Shown one piece after another: positions 46,591 through 57,050 of a DNA stretch of 64,000 nucleotides. How positions within the stretch are numbered: position 1 is the stretch's first letter; each line of letters begins with the position of its first letter. Both the position numbers and the translations under genes were made by a program. Below the pieces are notes generated by a model. That model ran no database searches. It was not told where the DNA came from and saw only the letters and a list, made by a program, of their open reading frames with translations. The stretch covers positions 496,001 through 560,000 of the forward strand of contig BROI01000004.1 in NCBI GenBank assembly GCA_027923505.1, given 5' to 3'. The stretch comes from Mayamaea pseudoterrestris (lineage: Eukaryota).

Positions 46591-47556
46591 TTACAAACAT
46601 TCCTCCGTCCATATCAGCGGAAAGTCTTCATCAGGTACAGTCATGTTGTTCAAGGCAGCTTGTTCAACGTATGGCCTCCACAGCCGACTCTTCCTGGCGT
46701 CCTCGGTAAACTTGACGTGTCCAGGAACAAAATGCAATCCCAAGCCTCGTCGTGGTCGATGCTTGCTACTGTTCTTTGCACTGCCATGCCACGTTCGACC
46801 ATTGTGAATGGAGACGCCTCCAGCTTTGAGGCCTGCCATGCTGACAATGCGAGCGTCAAGCTCACTCGCAGCTAATCCGTAAGCTTGCGCTGCAGATTCC
46901 AGCAAGCATCGACCACCTTCAGTTTGGAAAAACTGTTGCGACGTTCCAACTCGTCCATCGCCCCAAACGTGGCTCCCTCGAACATATTCCAATGGTCCAA
47001 TTTCCTCGTCCATGTCATCGAGCGCCACCCACACAGTCACAACGCCACTTGGTTCAAACATGAAATAGGGTGCGTCGCGATGAAACGAAAGGGGTGGTGC
47101 ACCCGGTGGCTTGGCCCACACTTGATCCTGCGCCAGTCGCGTCGACTTCCATCCAGCCAGTTGCGCCACCACTTGGCCCAAGTGCATGTCGCAGGCCAAT
47201 CGACGAAACAGTTGGTCCGCCTTGTGAACGTTGATCACTTGAATGACCTTGACGTTTTCCGTATTGCCGGTGAAGCCCAAAGGTGCGGATGTAGTGACTG
47301 ACTGTTTGATCTGTTTCGGCATCTTGTCGGGTGCTTGGCCACGGTCGTAGTGACCACGAAGGATTTCCTCCAGGCGAGCGTTCAAGTGCTTTACTAAGGA
47401 GACTGACAAGATTTGCTTGAAGACAACGAATCCATCTCGTTGATAGGCCGATGAAACATGTAAAGGCAATTCTATAGAGCAGTGGTGGGTAGTGCGGTTG
47501 TCGTCGTTGGAATCCTTATTTTCTTGAGCCAGCCGAAAGGTCCAATCATTGTCCAT
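46591..47556 (-). CDS. Phytanoyl-CoA dioxygenase (PhyH) family 2OG-Fe(II) oxygenase
   Basis: YQRDGFVV, KPPG..FHRD, VWVALDD..GPLEYVRGSH and HNGRTWHGS..N..R. Confidence 0.9.
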   Translation of the reverse strand: MDNDWTFRLAQENKDSNDDNRTTHHCSIELPLHVSSAYQRDGFVVFKQILSVSLVKHLNARLEEILRGHYDRGQAPDKMPKQIKQSVTTSAPLGFTGNTENVKVIQVINVHKADQLFRRLACDMHLGQVVAQLAGWKSTRLAQDQVWAKPPGAPPLSFHRDAPYFMFEPSGVVTVWVALDDMDEEIGPLEYVRGSHVWGDGRVGTSQQFFQTEGGRCLLESAAQAYGLAASELDARIVSMAGLKAGGVSIHNGRTWHGSAKNSSKHRPRRGLGLHFVPGHVKFTEDARKSRLWRPYVEQAALNNMTVPDEDFPLIWTEECL

Positions 47557-47897
47557 TCCTTTTTAAACTTTCTATTCGTACTCGGACTCTGACATTCCAG
47601 TGTGTTAAATAACTCGACGTCCTGGAGGCTTTGAGCAGAGATGCGCTCTCGTCGCTTCTCATGGTGTCGCCATTTTCGAATTTGATCCATGTCGCAGCGT
47701 TACAAGAGAATGTCAGCTATTCACGGCAAACCTGGTGATTTTAAATTGCTAGCCAGTCTACAGTCTAAAGTATAGCTCACTAATTAGATATGTACAGGAG
47801 CTTTCACTACTGCATTTAATGTCTTCCTTTGTTAAGCGGGTTGCATTTGACGACAGCAAGGTAGACTTGCCTCAAGCAGATCACGTGGGTCAAGCAT

Positions 47898-50606
47898 TCA
47901 AGATTCATAAGACGAAGGCTTGTGACGCTTCATCGGAGAATAAGCACCATGGATTGAATCCATGTCGTGACCAAGGCGTTGACGGCCGTTTTCGTAGTTT
48001 GACCAAGTACCATAAGGTTTAAACTGATAAGGTTCCAGGTCCATGCTTTGGTTGTGCGGTGCATCGGACCGTGAATGGCAAGTGGAGGGCTGGTCCATTG
48101 CCTCTGCACTTTCATACATAAAAAAGCGCTGTGGAGTCTCTGGTGATGCTCCAGATCCGTTCACGCCCTTACTGCGGCTATGCGTCTGACCATAGTATGA
48201 CTTTGCATCGGGCGACGGCCGGCGACGCTCCTTTCGATGCGCCGCTAAAGTAACGATTTCTGATATGATTTTCGAAGGGAGTGAACTTGGCGGCATGCCC
48301 TTGGAAACAGCCCAAAAAGTGATAATCACGGCCTTTTCCAACGCGCTTCGCGCGTCGTCTTCGGTGGGATACCATGACACGCCTTGGTGGCTCACGTGAG
48401 CAGTGGGACCTCCTGCCGCAAAGATAACATTTCGATTCTTCTCATGCGCCATCCGGCTCTCAGTCGAGTAGCGTGCTGTGTACCATTTTCGTTCATTTGC
48501 AATGATTGACAGACAAGAAACGTTTTCATGATACGTCTCCTTTACATTTGCTGGCAACTGTTTGTCACATTCCGACCAAAATTCTTCCATCAATTCATTG
48601 CTCCATGGGTAATGAATATGAATAAATTTGCATCCCCAAGACCTACATCCTTTTGTATTTTGAAATGAACAGCAAAACGGCTGTCGGCTTTCTGGGAGAA
48701 CCCAGAATGAGGCATCCAACGTCGGAAAACACATGCCCAGTGTGCATTTCTCGTTGTTCACGTCGTCGCGGTTCGGCAAACTGTTTGTTGATTGCGTTGT
48801 TAAATCTTGATTGGAATCCAACCGATTAAGCACTGCGGGCCGAGCCGACTGAGTAACAGGCTCGGCTGCTGATAATTCGCCGCAAAGTAATGAACTCTCA
48901 GATACCTTGCTGAGGCCATCTTCTGATAGTACTTTGGCTGGCGATACTGGATCAGTAGCGCCTTCAACTACGACCTCTCCTTTGAATACTTCCATCTTGA
49001 TCGGCAAAAACGCGCTTTTCGTCACGCGCGCTGCCTCCCCCTCAGGGTCCAAGTCCAACCCAATTGCCATTAGCCTGTCAATTCGCTCTTGTGATAAATC
49101 GGCTGAGTGACTACATCCCTTGACCCGATTCAGCACTGTATTCAAGTATCGGCGTCGCTGTGCACTTATCCAACGTATAATGATTGAGCTTTTGATCCCG
49201 GCGATTTCAAAGGAGTTGTTCTCCTCATTCTTGCATTCCGAAAGCAGGTTGAACATCGTCTCCCATTTCTTGTCAGATGTATTCGGCGCAGCGACAAGAC
49301 TCTGTTCTACCTTTACCTTCTCGTCAGTCGTACCCCCGATTGCTGTTGAATCTAACTCAGTATTGATTTCCGATTGCGTGACATTGGTCGTTACATCATG
49401 TTGCTCCATCATCCGCATGTCGCTAGGATTGTCCGCTGAAGTAAAAGATTGGGAAGCTAAGCTTGGCTCCGCAAAAGCATTGGGACCTGCCGAAGCATGA
49501 CATGTTGAAACTGTATCATGTTCCTTGCAATCAACTTTTGTTGTCGAGTTAGCGGCTGGTAGTGGAAGGTCGAGCGTGTCAACAAGTTTTTCGGTCGTCG
49601 TCACTGCACTTTCGTCCTCGGCAGGTGGTTTGTCCATGAAAAGTCCAATGGATCTGAATCGCAATAGCTTTTCATCCGAGAGGGCTTCTGCGGCATCGGT
49701 TTCGCGTAGGCGATAAAGATGTTCTTGTTCCAGTATCCAGCGGTATAGGTCTGACTTCTTGTCCAGCTGAAATTCTCCAACGACAAGAGTCTTGATAAGT
49801 TTTAGCTGCGCGAACATGGAATTCCATCTATCGACCTGAGATTTTTTACCAGCGGGTATATGTTTGCCTTGTTTGGTTTCTGGTACAGTTTTGTTAAGTC
49901 TGTGAAATACTGTTCGACTTGCAGCAAAAGTTGCAGACTTTTGCTTGAGCAAAGTGTTGGCTTTCCAGACGAAACCGCGACGACAAACGTTTCGCCGACC
50001 TGCAGCAACTCTACTTATCTCTACGCTATAGTTGTGTACTTTGTTCGGCTCAATTTCAAATTGTCGTGCCGCTTCCTTGTACGATGAAAATGACGCAATG
50101 TTTGCGCCGGTGGTAGCGTCGAGTTGATACAGCTTTGGGCCATCATTCACTTCAGACGGCGCTTGCACGACAGCTCCAGTGTCACTGACGTCCTGTACAG
50201 TTATTACATTGGTAGAGTCCGACGTATTTTCCGCTTCGACGGCGACCGAGTCGACTGGATTGTCGACAGGCGTTTGAGAGATTGCTTCAGCCGCTTGAGA
50301 GATTGCTTCAGCGGCAACGTCTTGGTTGATTGCCGACTGGCCTTCTGCTTCCGACGGAAGAAGAGTCAAGTTTTCAAAAGTATCCAAATTGAATCCGACT
50401 TCTTCGAACTTGCGAGTCCGTGCTGGAACATCGTAAAAAGTTTGCGTCTCGAGCCAGCGATAGAGGTTCTCGCCCTTTACAGTCGCCTCCTTCGAAAATT
50501 CGAACCGTCCATCAAAAGTCTTGGTGGCGCAAAAGGCATCAAACATTGTCTGCCATGAGTTCACAGTCGGAGGTGAGTCACTGGATAAGTTCTCTGTTTC
50601 CATCAT
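47898..50606 (-). CDS. Multi-domain putative nucleic-acid-binding protein A (3x HA, NUMOD1-like, CCCH, AP2/integrase-like)
   Basis: Intronless ORF with three W..MF..L...L.RW...Q...L...GF repeats; see findings. Confidence 0.8.
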   Translation of the reverse strand: MMETENLSSDSPPTVNSWQTMFDAFCATKTFDGRFEFSKEATVKGENLYRWLETQTFYDVPARTRKFEEVGFNLDTFENLTLLPSEAEGQSAINQDVAAEAISQAAEAISQTPVDNPVDSVAVEAENTSDSTNVITVQDVSDTGAVVQAPSEVNDGPKLYQLDATTGANIASFSSYKEAARQFEIEPNKVHNYSVEISRVAAGRRNVCRRGFVWKANTLLKQKSATFAASRTVFHRLNKTVPETKQGKHIPAGKKSQVDRWNSMFAQLKLIKTLVVGEFQLDKKSDLYRWILEQEHLYRLRETDAAEALSDEKLLRFRSIGLFMDKPPAEDESAVTTTEKLVDTLDLPLPAANSTTKVDCKEHDTVSTCHASAGPNAFAEPSLASQSFTSADNPSDMRMMEQHDVTTNVTQSEINTELDSTAIGGTTDEKVKVEQSLVAAPNTSDKKWETMFNLLSECKNEENNSFEIAGIKSSIIIRWISAQRRRYLNTVLNRVKGCSHSADLSQERIDRLMAIGLDLDPEGEAARVTKSAFLPIKMEVFKGEVVVEGATDPVSPAKVLSEDGLSKVSESSLLCGELSAAEPVTQSARPAVLNRLDSNQDLTTQSTNSLPNRDDVNNEKCTLGMCFPTLDASFWVLPESRQPFCCSFQNTKGCRSWGCKFIHIHYPWSNELMEEFWSECDKQLPANVKETYHENVSCLSIIANERKWYTARYSTESRMAHEKNRNVIFAAGGPTAHVSHQGVSWYPTEDDARSALEKAVIITFWAVSKGMPPSSLPSKIISEIVTLAAHRKERRRPSPDAKSYYGQTHSRSKGVNGSGASPETPQRFFMYESAEAMDQPSTCHSRSDAPHNQSMDLEPYQFKPYGTWSNYENGRQRLGHDMDSIHGAYSPMKRHKPSSYES

Positions 50607-51034
50607 TATGCTTTTTTCTCTGAATAAGGTATGGTTCAAGTAGGCTGATCGCGCTCGTCCAAGGTCTGAAAGCAAGCTGCAATGTCTTGAATTGAATTTA
50701 AGCTGCTGTTCACCCCAGTCTCGTCTACTTCGTTGTAAATATATAGAGAGCAGTGCTTGAAAGCTCCAGGCTTGCGCTATGGGGTGGTATACACCTTCGC
50801 CCTGCAAAAGCTTTCCAAGTAAGTGTGTATTGAATATTGAAGTTTATGGCGCCATGGTCGAATGATGTGTTGCGTAGACGCATGAGAACCAGTGCGATGG
50901 ACCATATGGTTTGCAGTCGTGGCGAAAGGACGACGGAAAGCGAAATAGCATTGTTTAGTTTGATGCTGTTATATCATATTCTTTACATTGACATGTGAGA
51001 CGCTCGTAATACTGAACTCGAGTGAGCTCATTTC

Positions 51035-51937
51035 CTACTGTAGGAACTTGACATTCTTTTCTAAAAAAGATTCAATCGTCTCAAAGCTCATGAATATAAT
51101 GCCTTGTCCAGGAACGACCCGCCCAAGTCGCGGCACGACGCCAGCGTAGAAGGCACGCACTCCCTCCTTTTGCAAAATTTGCCGAAAGCAGTCAATGGTG
51201 CTTTTGTATTGCTTCGCCTTGGTCCCTTGCATTCTCGTTTTAACAACATCAAAGGGATTATTTCCAAGTGTGCTAAAGCACCCAGCCGTCATTCCGCCGA
51301 GCAAACTTAGTAGCGGCGTCATGGGTCGACCGTCATTCGTCACGTAGCGCTTGAACTCGTTGAACCACATGAATCGCAACCCTTGATTGCTTCCTTGCTT
51401 CAACGCCGTTGCTGCACCACCTTGGTAAATTCCTGCTAGTCCTTCCGTCTGATAAATGTGTTTGAAACCCTTGACAAAGGGAAGGTTCAACTCGATGCAC
51501 TTTGTCTTGACCGTTTCGACCGGTGCCACAATGATGATTGCCTCCACAACACCAGCGCCAAGACCCGCCACAAAATTCTGGAGTGGCGTGAGATTGCCTT
51601 GTGCGTCACGCAGATTGTCCTTGATGACAGCGTTCAAACCGAACCGAATTCCAGCCTTCGGCATGCTGCCGATCAATGTTGGCGCCAGTCCTCGATACAG
51701 ACTCAAAAATCCAGTGGTTTGGACGGTGTAGCGGAGTCCGCCCATCATGCCAGAGTATGGCAAGGGTGTGCCCTTGGTTTGTAGCTGGAGTTGCGTTTTT
51801 GTGAATTCCATCGGCCATACAAGAGTCGCTTCCACGCCTCCAGCAATGCAACCAGCCGCCATGGGTAGTAGTGGATTCTTGTGTTTCTTCCTTGGTGGTG
51901 GTGGAATCTGCTGCGAGATGCTGTTTGTGCTCGCCAT
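51035..51937 (-). CDS. Mitochondrial carrier, tricarboxylate/citrate (CTP1/SLC25A1)-like
   Basis: Three PxExxKT/PxDxxKT repeats; PKAGIRF, KQGSNQGLRF and PRLGRV. Confidence 0.92.
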   Translation of the reverse strand: MASTNSISQQIPPPPRKKHKNPLLPMAAGCIAGGVEATLVWPMEFTKTQLQLQTKGTPLPYSGMMGGLRYTVQTTGFLSLYRGLAPTLIGSMPKAGIRFGLNAVIKDNLRDAQGNLTPLQNFVAGLGAGVVEAIIIVAPVETVKTKCIELNLPFVKGFKHIYQTEGLAGIYQGGAATALKQGSNQGLRFMWFNEFKRYVTNDGRPMTPLLSLLGGMTAGCFSTLGNNPFDVVKTRMQGTKAKQYKSTIDCFRQILQKEGVRAFYAGVVPRLGRVVPGQGIIFMSFETIESFLEKNVKFLQ

Positions 51938-52242
51938 GGTGTGTTATGAAATGATAAATTGTATGTGTGTGAAGCTAAAGCAATCGGAAGCAGATTACTG
52001 TAACGCTTGGAGACGATGAAACGATGAGTGAATGCGCAATGAAGTGTGTGAAGGAGGAGATTATGGCCGATGATGGTCGACAGGTCCAAGAGATGGGATG
52101 AACATGATGGTGGTCTCGTCGTCGGCGGATCCGCTTTGTGTCTTAGCGGTAATGGGACTCGTTCCATGAACGTTGCACCGTTGCACCTCGTCACAATTCA
52201 TGATCAACCATAGCTCTTCTATTCGAATACACATACACTGTA

Positions 52243-53043
52243 ATGCTCTCGCCTTTAAACGATTCGGATGGTCTATTGAACGACAATCGAGACAATGATG
52301 CGGAGCAGCGCCTACCGCAGCAGCATCCACATGCTTCCACGAAAATGAGCTGCAGCTTAATGTGCGGAGAATGCAGTGCCTGTATTACCATCATAATGCT
52401 TGCCATGGCCGATCGCTTGCAGCAACTGCCAGCATCTCCTCGCGTGCTTCGCTGGATGCGTCGGTGGAAGCGTGACAAGCAGTCAACGATGACGCATAAT
52501 GCAGTAGCAGTCGCCAGCGGAGGAGCAAACGATAATGACAATGACGACAAGGATGGCACTGTCTATTGGATTCAAGGATTGGATCAAGTTGTACTCGGAA
52601 ATAAGAGTTTTGCTGAATCTGTCGTCTTTCTCGGGCAATTCAAGCTTTTACCCTACTTGTGCTACATGTTGTCAGGCATGGTATGCGACGTACTCATGCT
52701 GCTGACCGACTTGGCTTGGCACTTTTGGCTTGGCATTCAGGATGCGACAACATGCTGGGTGATTAGCTTTACGTTGAGCATTGTTCCGCGACATTCGGCG
52801 CTAAAGGTAATGTGCTTTGGAAAGTATGTGGGGGGATACTATCATTCGTTGGCGCGCATGTACTTGGGCATGTCGGCAAGCATTGCCTTGTCGACGATTG
52901 GGAACTATTTAATGACCAAACATTGGGGTGTTGCTCACTATGTGGCATGGGTTGTGACGCTGATTTGGACGGGTGTTGTCAACTACTTTGTTTTGAAAAA
53001 ATGCTGGACGTTTGGGGATGACAAGGTGGCTGAAAGCGAATGA
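52243..53043 (+). CDS. GtrA-like small multi-TM membrane protein
   Basis: C-terminal four-helix hydrophobic region ending VVNYFVLKKCWTF. Confidence 0.6.
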   Translation: MLSPLNDSDGLLNDNRDNDAEQRLPQQHPHASTKMSCSLMCGECSACITIIMLAMADRLQQLPASPRVLRWMRRWKRDKQSTMTHNAVAVASGGANDNDNDDKDGTVYWIQGLDQVVLGNKSFAESVVFLGQFKLLPYLCYMLSGMVCDVLMLLTDLAWHFWLGIQDATTCWVISFTLSIVPRHSALKVMCFGKYVGGYYHSLARMYLGMSASIALSTIGNYLMTKHWGVAHYVAWVVTLIWTGVVNYFVLKKCWTFGDDKVAESE

Positions 53044-53531
53044 GGAGGATTGACAGTGTATGGTTCAATTTGGTACCAATGTAAACGAACATGATTGGAG
53101 AAGTATAAAGTTATGACGGTGCAAGTTCAACCTGTGTTGAGAACAATTTGGTCTGATCAGAACAGGCATCAGTCAGCATACATGTTTCTTGGAAACACTT
53201 TCTGAGATGAACTGAATTAATCCTTGAGCTTCTACACCATACTATAATTGACCTCTACTCTAAACAAGCTGACCTGACGGTTTGTGGCACTGCCATGCCT
53301 CTTGCTTATCACTGCTGTAAAGTGTACCAGTAGAACAAATCCTGTGTGGATGTCTGCCCCACGTTTCTGGCTGATAGCCAAGGCACTCGCACTGTTGATG
53401 TCCGCAGCATTAACACTTTGTGGTTTGAGCCGACGGGATATATTTATATCTGTATACATGTTTATAATATTCATTACGCGTATGCTGACTGCCAATTCCT
53501 GCATCGTTTCCTCGTCCAACACAAACTTATT

Positions 53532-56228
53532 TTAAATAAAGACCCGAATACGATCATAAACAGCATCTCGAGCTTCATCCTTGGATGTATACCACCACAG
53601 CTGTTTGTCGCTCTGCATCATGCCGCGTCCGCCTTCCGCCAAGGCGACAAAGCGTCCGCAGCGGTATCCAGCAGTGTAGTACGACTGGCCCGAGCGTCCC
53701 TTGAGTTTATAATACTCGAAACGTTCCTCAATGGCTCGGCGACTGGAGGCAAAGTAGTTTTCGCGTATCTCGCGTGAAGCTCGAACGGTGACTGACGAGC
53801 TCAAGAAATGAAAGTGTGGGCATTCCAGTCCAAAGGAGCACACGTTCTCCATTTTAAACTCAGAGCAGTCCTCTACGTTCCTGTCGGCCCGGTTTTTGAT
53901 CCACTGTGTGTCTGCGAGAGGCAAATCATATTGTGAAATTGGAAGTGGCCGCGGTTGGGAATGGTGACGCTTTGTTGGTGGATAGTATGTACCGTAATCT
54001 GAGTACCACCCATGTTGGTGACTTGGCGGGATGCCTCCGTCGACTGATCCGCCATGGGACCTTGAGTTTTGCTCATAGCGATGAGCATGCTTACTTCCAT
54101 GACGCTGATCAGAAGTATGATGGTCTGACATTGGAGGCTGGGCGTAACCATGATACCGCAACGCTCCGGTGTCCCTCGGGCCGTCAACGGTCGAATGATA
54201 ATTCATGCTTGTCGAACGTGGACCATAACAACTAAGGCTTGGTTCAGAAGTTGAATTGCAGGTCTGTGACCGTTTGCGATGCATGTTCAGTTCATATAGT
54301 ATCTCTTCCTTCACTCGCTTCGCAATCACATCAGACGCAAGTCCCTTGACTCGAGAATTAAAAGGTAGACGTCGAGAAGTTACCCAGTATGTCACTATCA
54401 CAACCCTCTTTAGAGCAGCTTTGGCCTCCTCCATTGTATGATACCAAAAGACTCCTTGCTCGCTCTGGAAAGCTGCAAGCCCACCTTCAGCAAATACCAG
54501 CTTCCGATCCCCTTCGTCAGTTTGTCGGGTTGCAGAGTTGTAACGAGCAGTGTACCACATTTTAGACCCTGCCTCTAGAGCCATACCGTTGCAAAACTCG
54601 TCATAACGAGCTTCGACCTCTGGCGGCAAACGTTTGTTGCAATTCGGCCAAATCTTTTCCAGCCCAAAGCCCCACGGGTTCTGAGTATGAATGTAGGTGC
54701 AACGATTACCTCTACCGCAACCTTTGTAACTGTTGTTGAGACCGCATACGAACCTGTAGCGTTCGACAGGAAGAAACCACTTTGAGAGGTCCAGCTGAGG
54801 AAGTTTTGGCGGGGCTTGAACAATGAGGCCAATCGCGCCGGGAAGATCACACTGTTCATTCGATTCGGACTTCAACTTAAGTTCCCCGGTGCTTCGAGTG
54901 CCATCCATCATGCAGCGCTCTTCCTCTCGCGCACAGATCCTGCCACAGAGACTGTTATCCCCCTTTTCCTTCAAAGACCGATCGATTGTCGTGCCTTGAA
55001 CCAGCAATGTGTTGCTTGACTGAATAGTGTCTGCAACTGCCGACCGCTTATTGCGTCGCTCTAGCTCATCGTGTGATGAGGGCGCGAAGGAATCATACGT
55101 ATCGCGATCAGGAACAGTTGGGGCAGGAGGATCATCATTCGCCAGAGTACCTTCGGATATGGAACTCAAAGTGTTTAGACCGCGCTCTGACGGCACGAAC
55201 TTATCTTCAAGGGATGGCACGGGAGACTTGCATGCAGGCTTGGTCTCGGCAAAGTACCCCAAAGACTGGAACCGTTCCAAATGATCATCAGAAAGTGCAT
55301 CTGGCGCGCCAGTTTCGCGAAGACGAAAGAGCAGCTCCTGCTGCAAGAACCAGCGGTACAGCTCAGTCTTCTTGTCGCCAATGTACTCGCCGGAATGACT
55401 CGAAACAAGCCTGAGCTGCTCATACATTTTGTTCCAGTGATTGTCATCCTGGACGACTTCCTGCTGGGTTGTAACAGCTTGTTTAGACGCAGCCGGTGAT
55501 GCATTAGCAGGACGCATTTTCGTTTGCGGCGGGCTGCCGATCAAATTCCACCCAAACCCAAGGCGACACTTTGAATTATCATTTCCGTCCATGGCTATTT
55601 TGCGTATGTTAGTATAATAGGATCGAACTCGAGCGGAATCCGTTTCAAACTGACGAGCGGCGTCTATGTAGGATATAAAATCACGCGTTGCGCCAGTTTC
55701 GAAATTGGTTTGACGCACAGCTTTCCCATGCCCTGCTCGCTTGGCGCGAGCAATTGGTGGTAACAATTTCAAGCTGAGCGTGTCTTGGTTTGGTGTTTCA
55801 AACTTGGCGGGCTGCGTTACTAGCGCCGATGCAGCAGTCTTCAGTTCCGTGCCAGCTAATTGTTTCGTCGCATGGTCGTCGGCCTGCGGCGCAGGTTCCG
55901 TCGCAATACGGTCGTTCTCTGGCGCTACCGGTACTTCCGTCGCCACTTCCTCGGATGATGCCTCAGTCACTAAAACGTGCTCCAAAACGTCATCCAAGTT
56001 AATGCCAATCTCTTGAAACCGGAGGGTACGAGCCGGGACATCGTAAAACGACTGTGAAATGAGCCATGCATACAAGGATTCTCCATTCACTCGCATGTCA
56101 ATGCAAAACTCAAAGAGTCCTTGGTCATTCTTGGTCCGAGCAAACGCTTCAAACATTGTCGACCAAGGAACTGGGTGTTCTGTTTCATCAAAAAGGGAAA
56201 TGATTGATTCGTTCATTGTTATGTTCAT
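53532..56228 (-). CDS. Multi-domain putative nucleic-acid-binding protein B (2x HA, NUMOD1-like, 2x [CCCH + AP2/integrase-like]); paralog of 47898..50606
   Basis: Shares W.TMF.AF..TK..G.FEF..V.GE.LY.WL..Q.FYDVPART, F.SY..AARQFE and WYTARY with protein A. Confidence 0.8.
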   Translation of the reverse strand: MNITMNESIISLFDETEHPVPWSTMFEAFARTKNDQGLFEFCIDMRVNGESLYAWLISQSFYDVPARTLRFQEIGINLDDVLEHVLVTEASSEEVATEVPVAPENDRIATEPAPQADDHATKQLAGTELKTAASALVTQPAKFETPNQDTLSLKLLPPIARAKRAGHGKAVRQTNFETGATRDFISYIDAARQFETDSARVRSYYTNIRKIAMDGNDNSKCRLGFGWNLIGSPPQTKMRPANASPAASKQAVTTQQEVVQDDNHWNKMYEQLRLVSSHSGEYIGDKKTELYRWFLQQELLFRLRETGAPDALSDDHLERFQSLGYFAETKPACKSPVPSLEDKFVPSERGLNTLSSISEGTLANDDPPAPTVPDRDTYDSFAPSSHDELERRNKRSAVADTIQSSNTLLVQGTTIDRSLKEKGDNSLCGRICAREEERCMMDGTRSTGELKLKSESNEQCDLPGAIGLIVQAPPKLPQLDLSKWFLPVERYRFVCGLNNSYKGCGRGNRCTYIHTQNPWGFGLEKIWPNCNKRLPPEVEARYDEFCNGMALEAGSKMWYTARYNSATRQTDEGDRKLVFAEGGLAAFQSEQGVFWYHTMEEAKAALKRVVIVTYWVTSRRLPFNSRVKGLASDVIAKRVKEEILYELNMHRKRSQTCNSTSEPSLSCYGPRSTSMNYHSTVDGPRDTGALRYHGYAQPPMSDHHTSDQRHGSKHAHRYEQNSRSHGGSVDGGIPPSHQHGWYSDYGTYYPPTKRHHSQPRPLPISQYDLPLADTQWIKNRADRNVEDCSEFKMENVCSFGLECPHFHFLSSSVTVRASREIRENYFASSRRAIEERFEYYKLKGRSGQSYYTAGYRCGRFVALAEGGRGMMQSDKQLWWYTSKDEARDAVYDRIRVFI

Positions 56229-57050
56229 TGCGGCGGCGCCGTGTCCAAAGCGATAGAGGTGTTTGACGACAACGGTGCGCGGCGAGAAACGAATCGTCGT
56301 ACGAATCGTCGTGGTCACTAATCTTGCCTTCTGCTTCTGTATCAAAGATCAGGCTTGATTCTTCGAAGTCAAAGCGTTTAATGTCGAGCTGATGATATGT
56401 CGTGGGATAATTTAATGCTTGCTAAAAGATACTCTTGCACGCCTGAAGAATTCAGCAAGCAGCAAGTTCAGTACTGTACCAGACTCGGCTATGATCCAAC
56501 GTTTAAATGTATGTTCCGCTCCTCGAATATTTTGCATGAGGATGTAAGGTGCCTGTGATCGTCTGACTGTTATGTCTCGTATATAACAGAATGCGTTCCG
56601 TCGTCGCTTGTTCGTCATCGCTGCTTCGTCGCGTCGGAAGTCGGAAAAGAACGTCTATCCGGTCCTGGTGCGACATTATTTGTGCTTTTTCGGCGGGATA
56701 TATTAACCGGTATACTCTGCTCCTGACGCCTCTATTTCGTTAACGCTGCACTATTAAAAGACATCACGCCTTTTCACCATATTGGAGTACTCTGGTAAGA
56801 GGGCTCACGGACTGGTATTGATAGGTTGCATCTTAACAGTCCGTACTGGGATACACGCCCGCTAGATTCTATAATTGACATGAGGATCTACCGGTAGTTC
56901 ATCAACATGACCCTTACAGAAAGCGAAAGTGGGATAATTAGTAATTTAAAGTTGCATCGGTTATTACATACATTATCTGAAAGTTTTACATACAATTGCA
57001 GGAGTTTTAATCAACGTGGCAACACCAAAGTCCACTTTCAATCACTTTTA

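Noticed and set aside
47898..56228. Active transposon or homing endonuclease flanking the citrate carrier and GtrA genes
   Set aside because: No GIY-YIG, HNH, transposase or RT motifs, no terminal repeats or target-site duplications seen, and the two copies are highly diverged.
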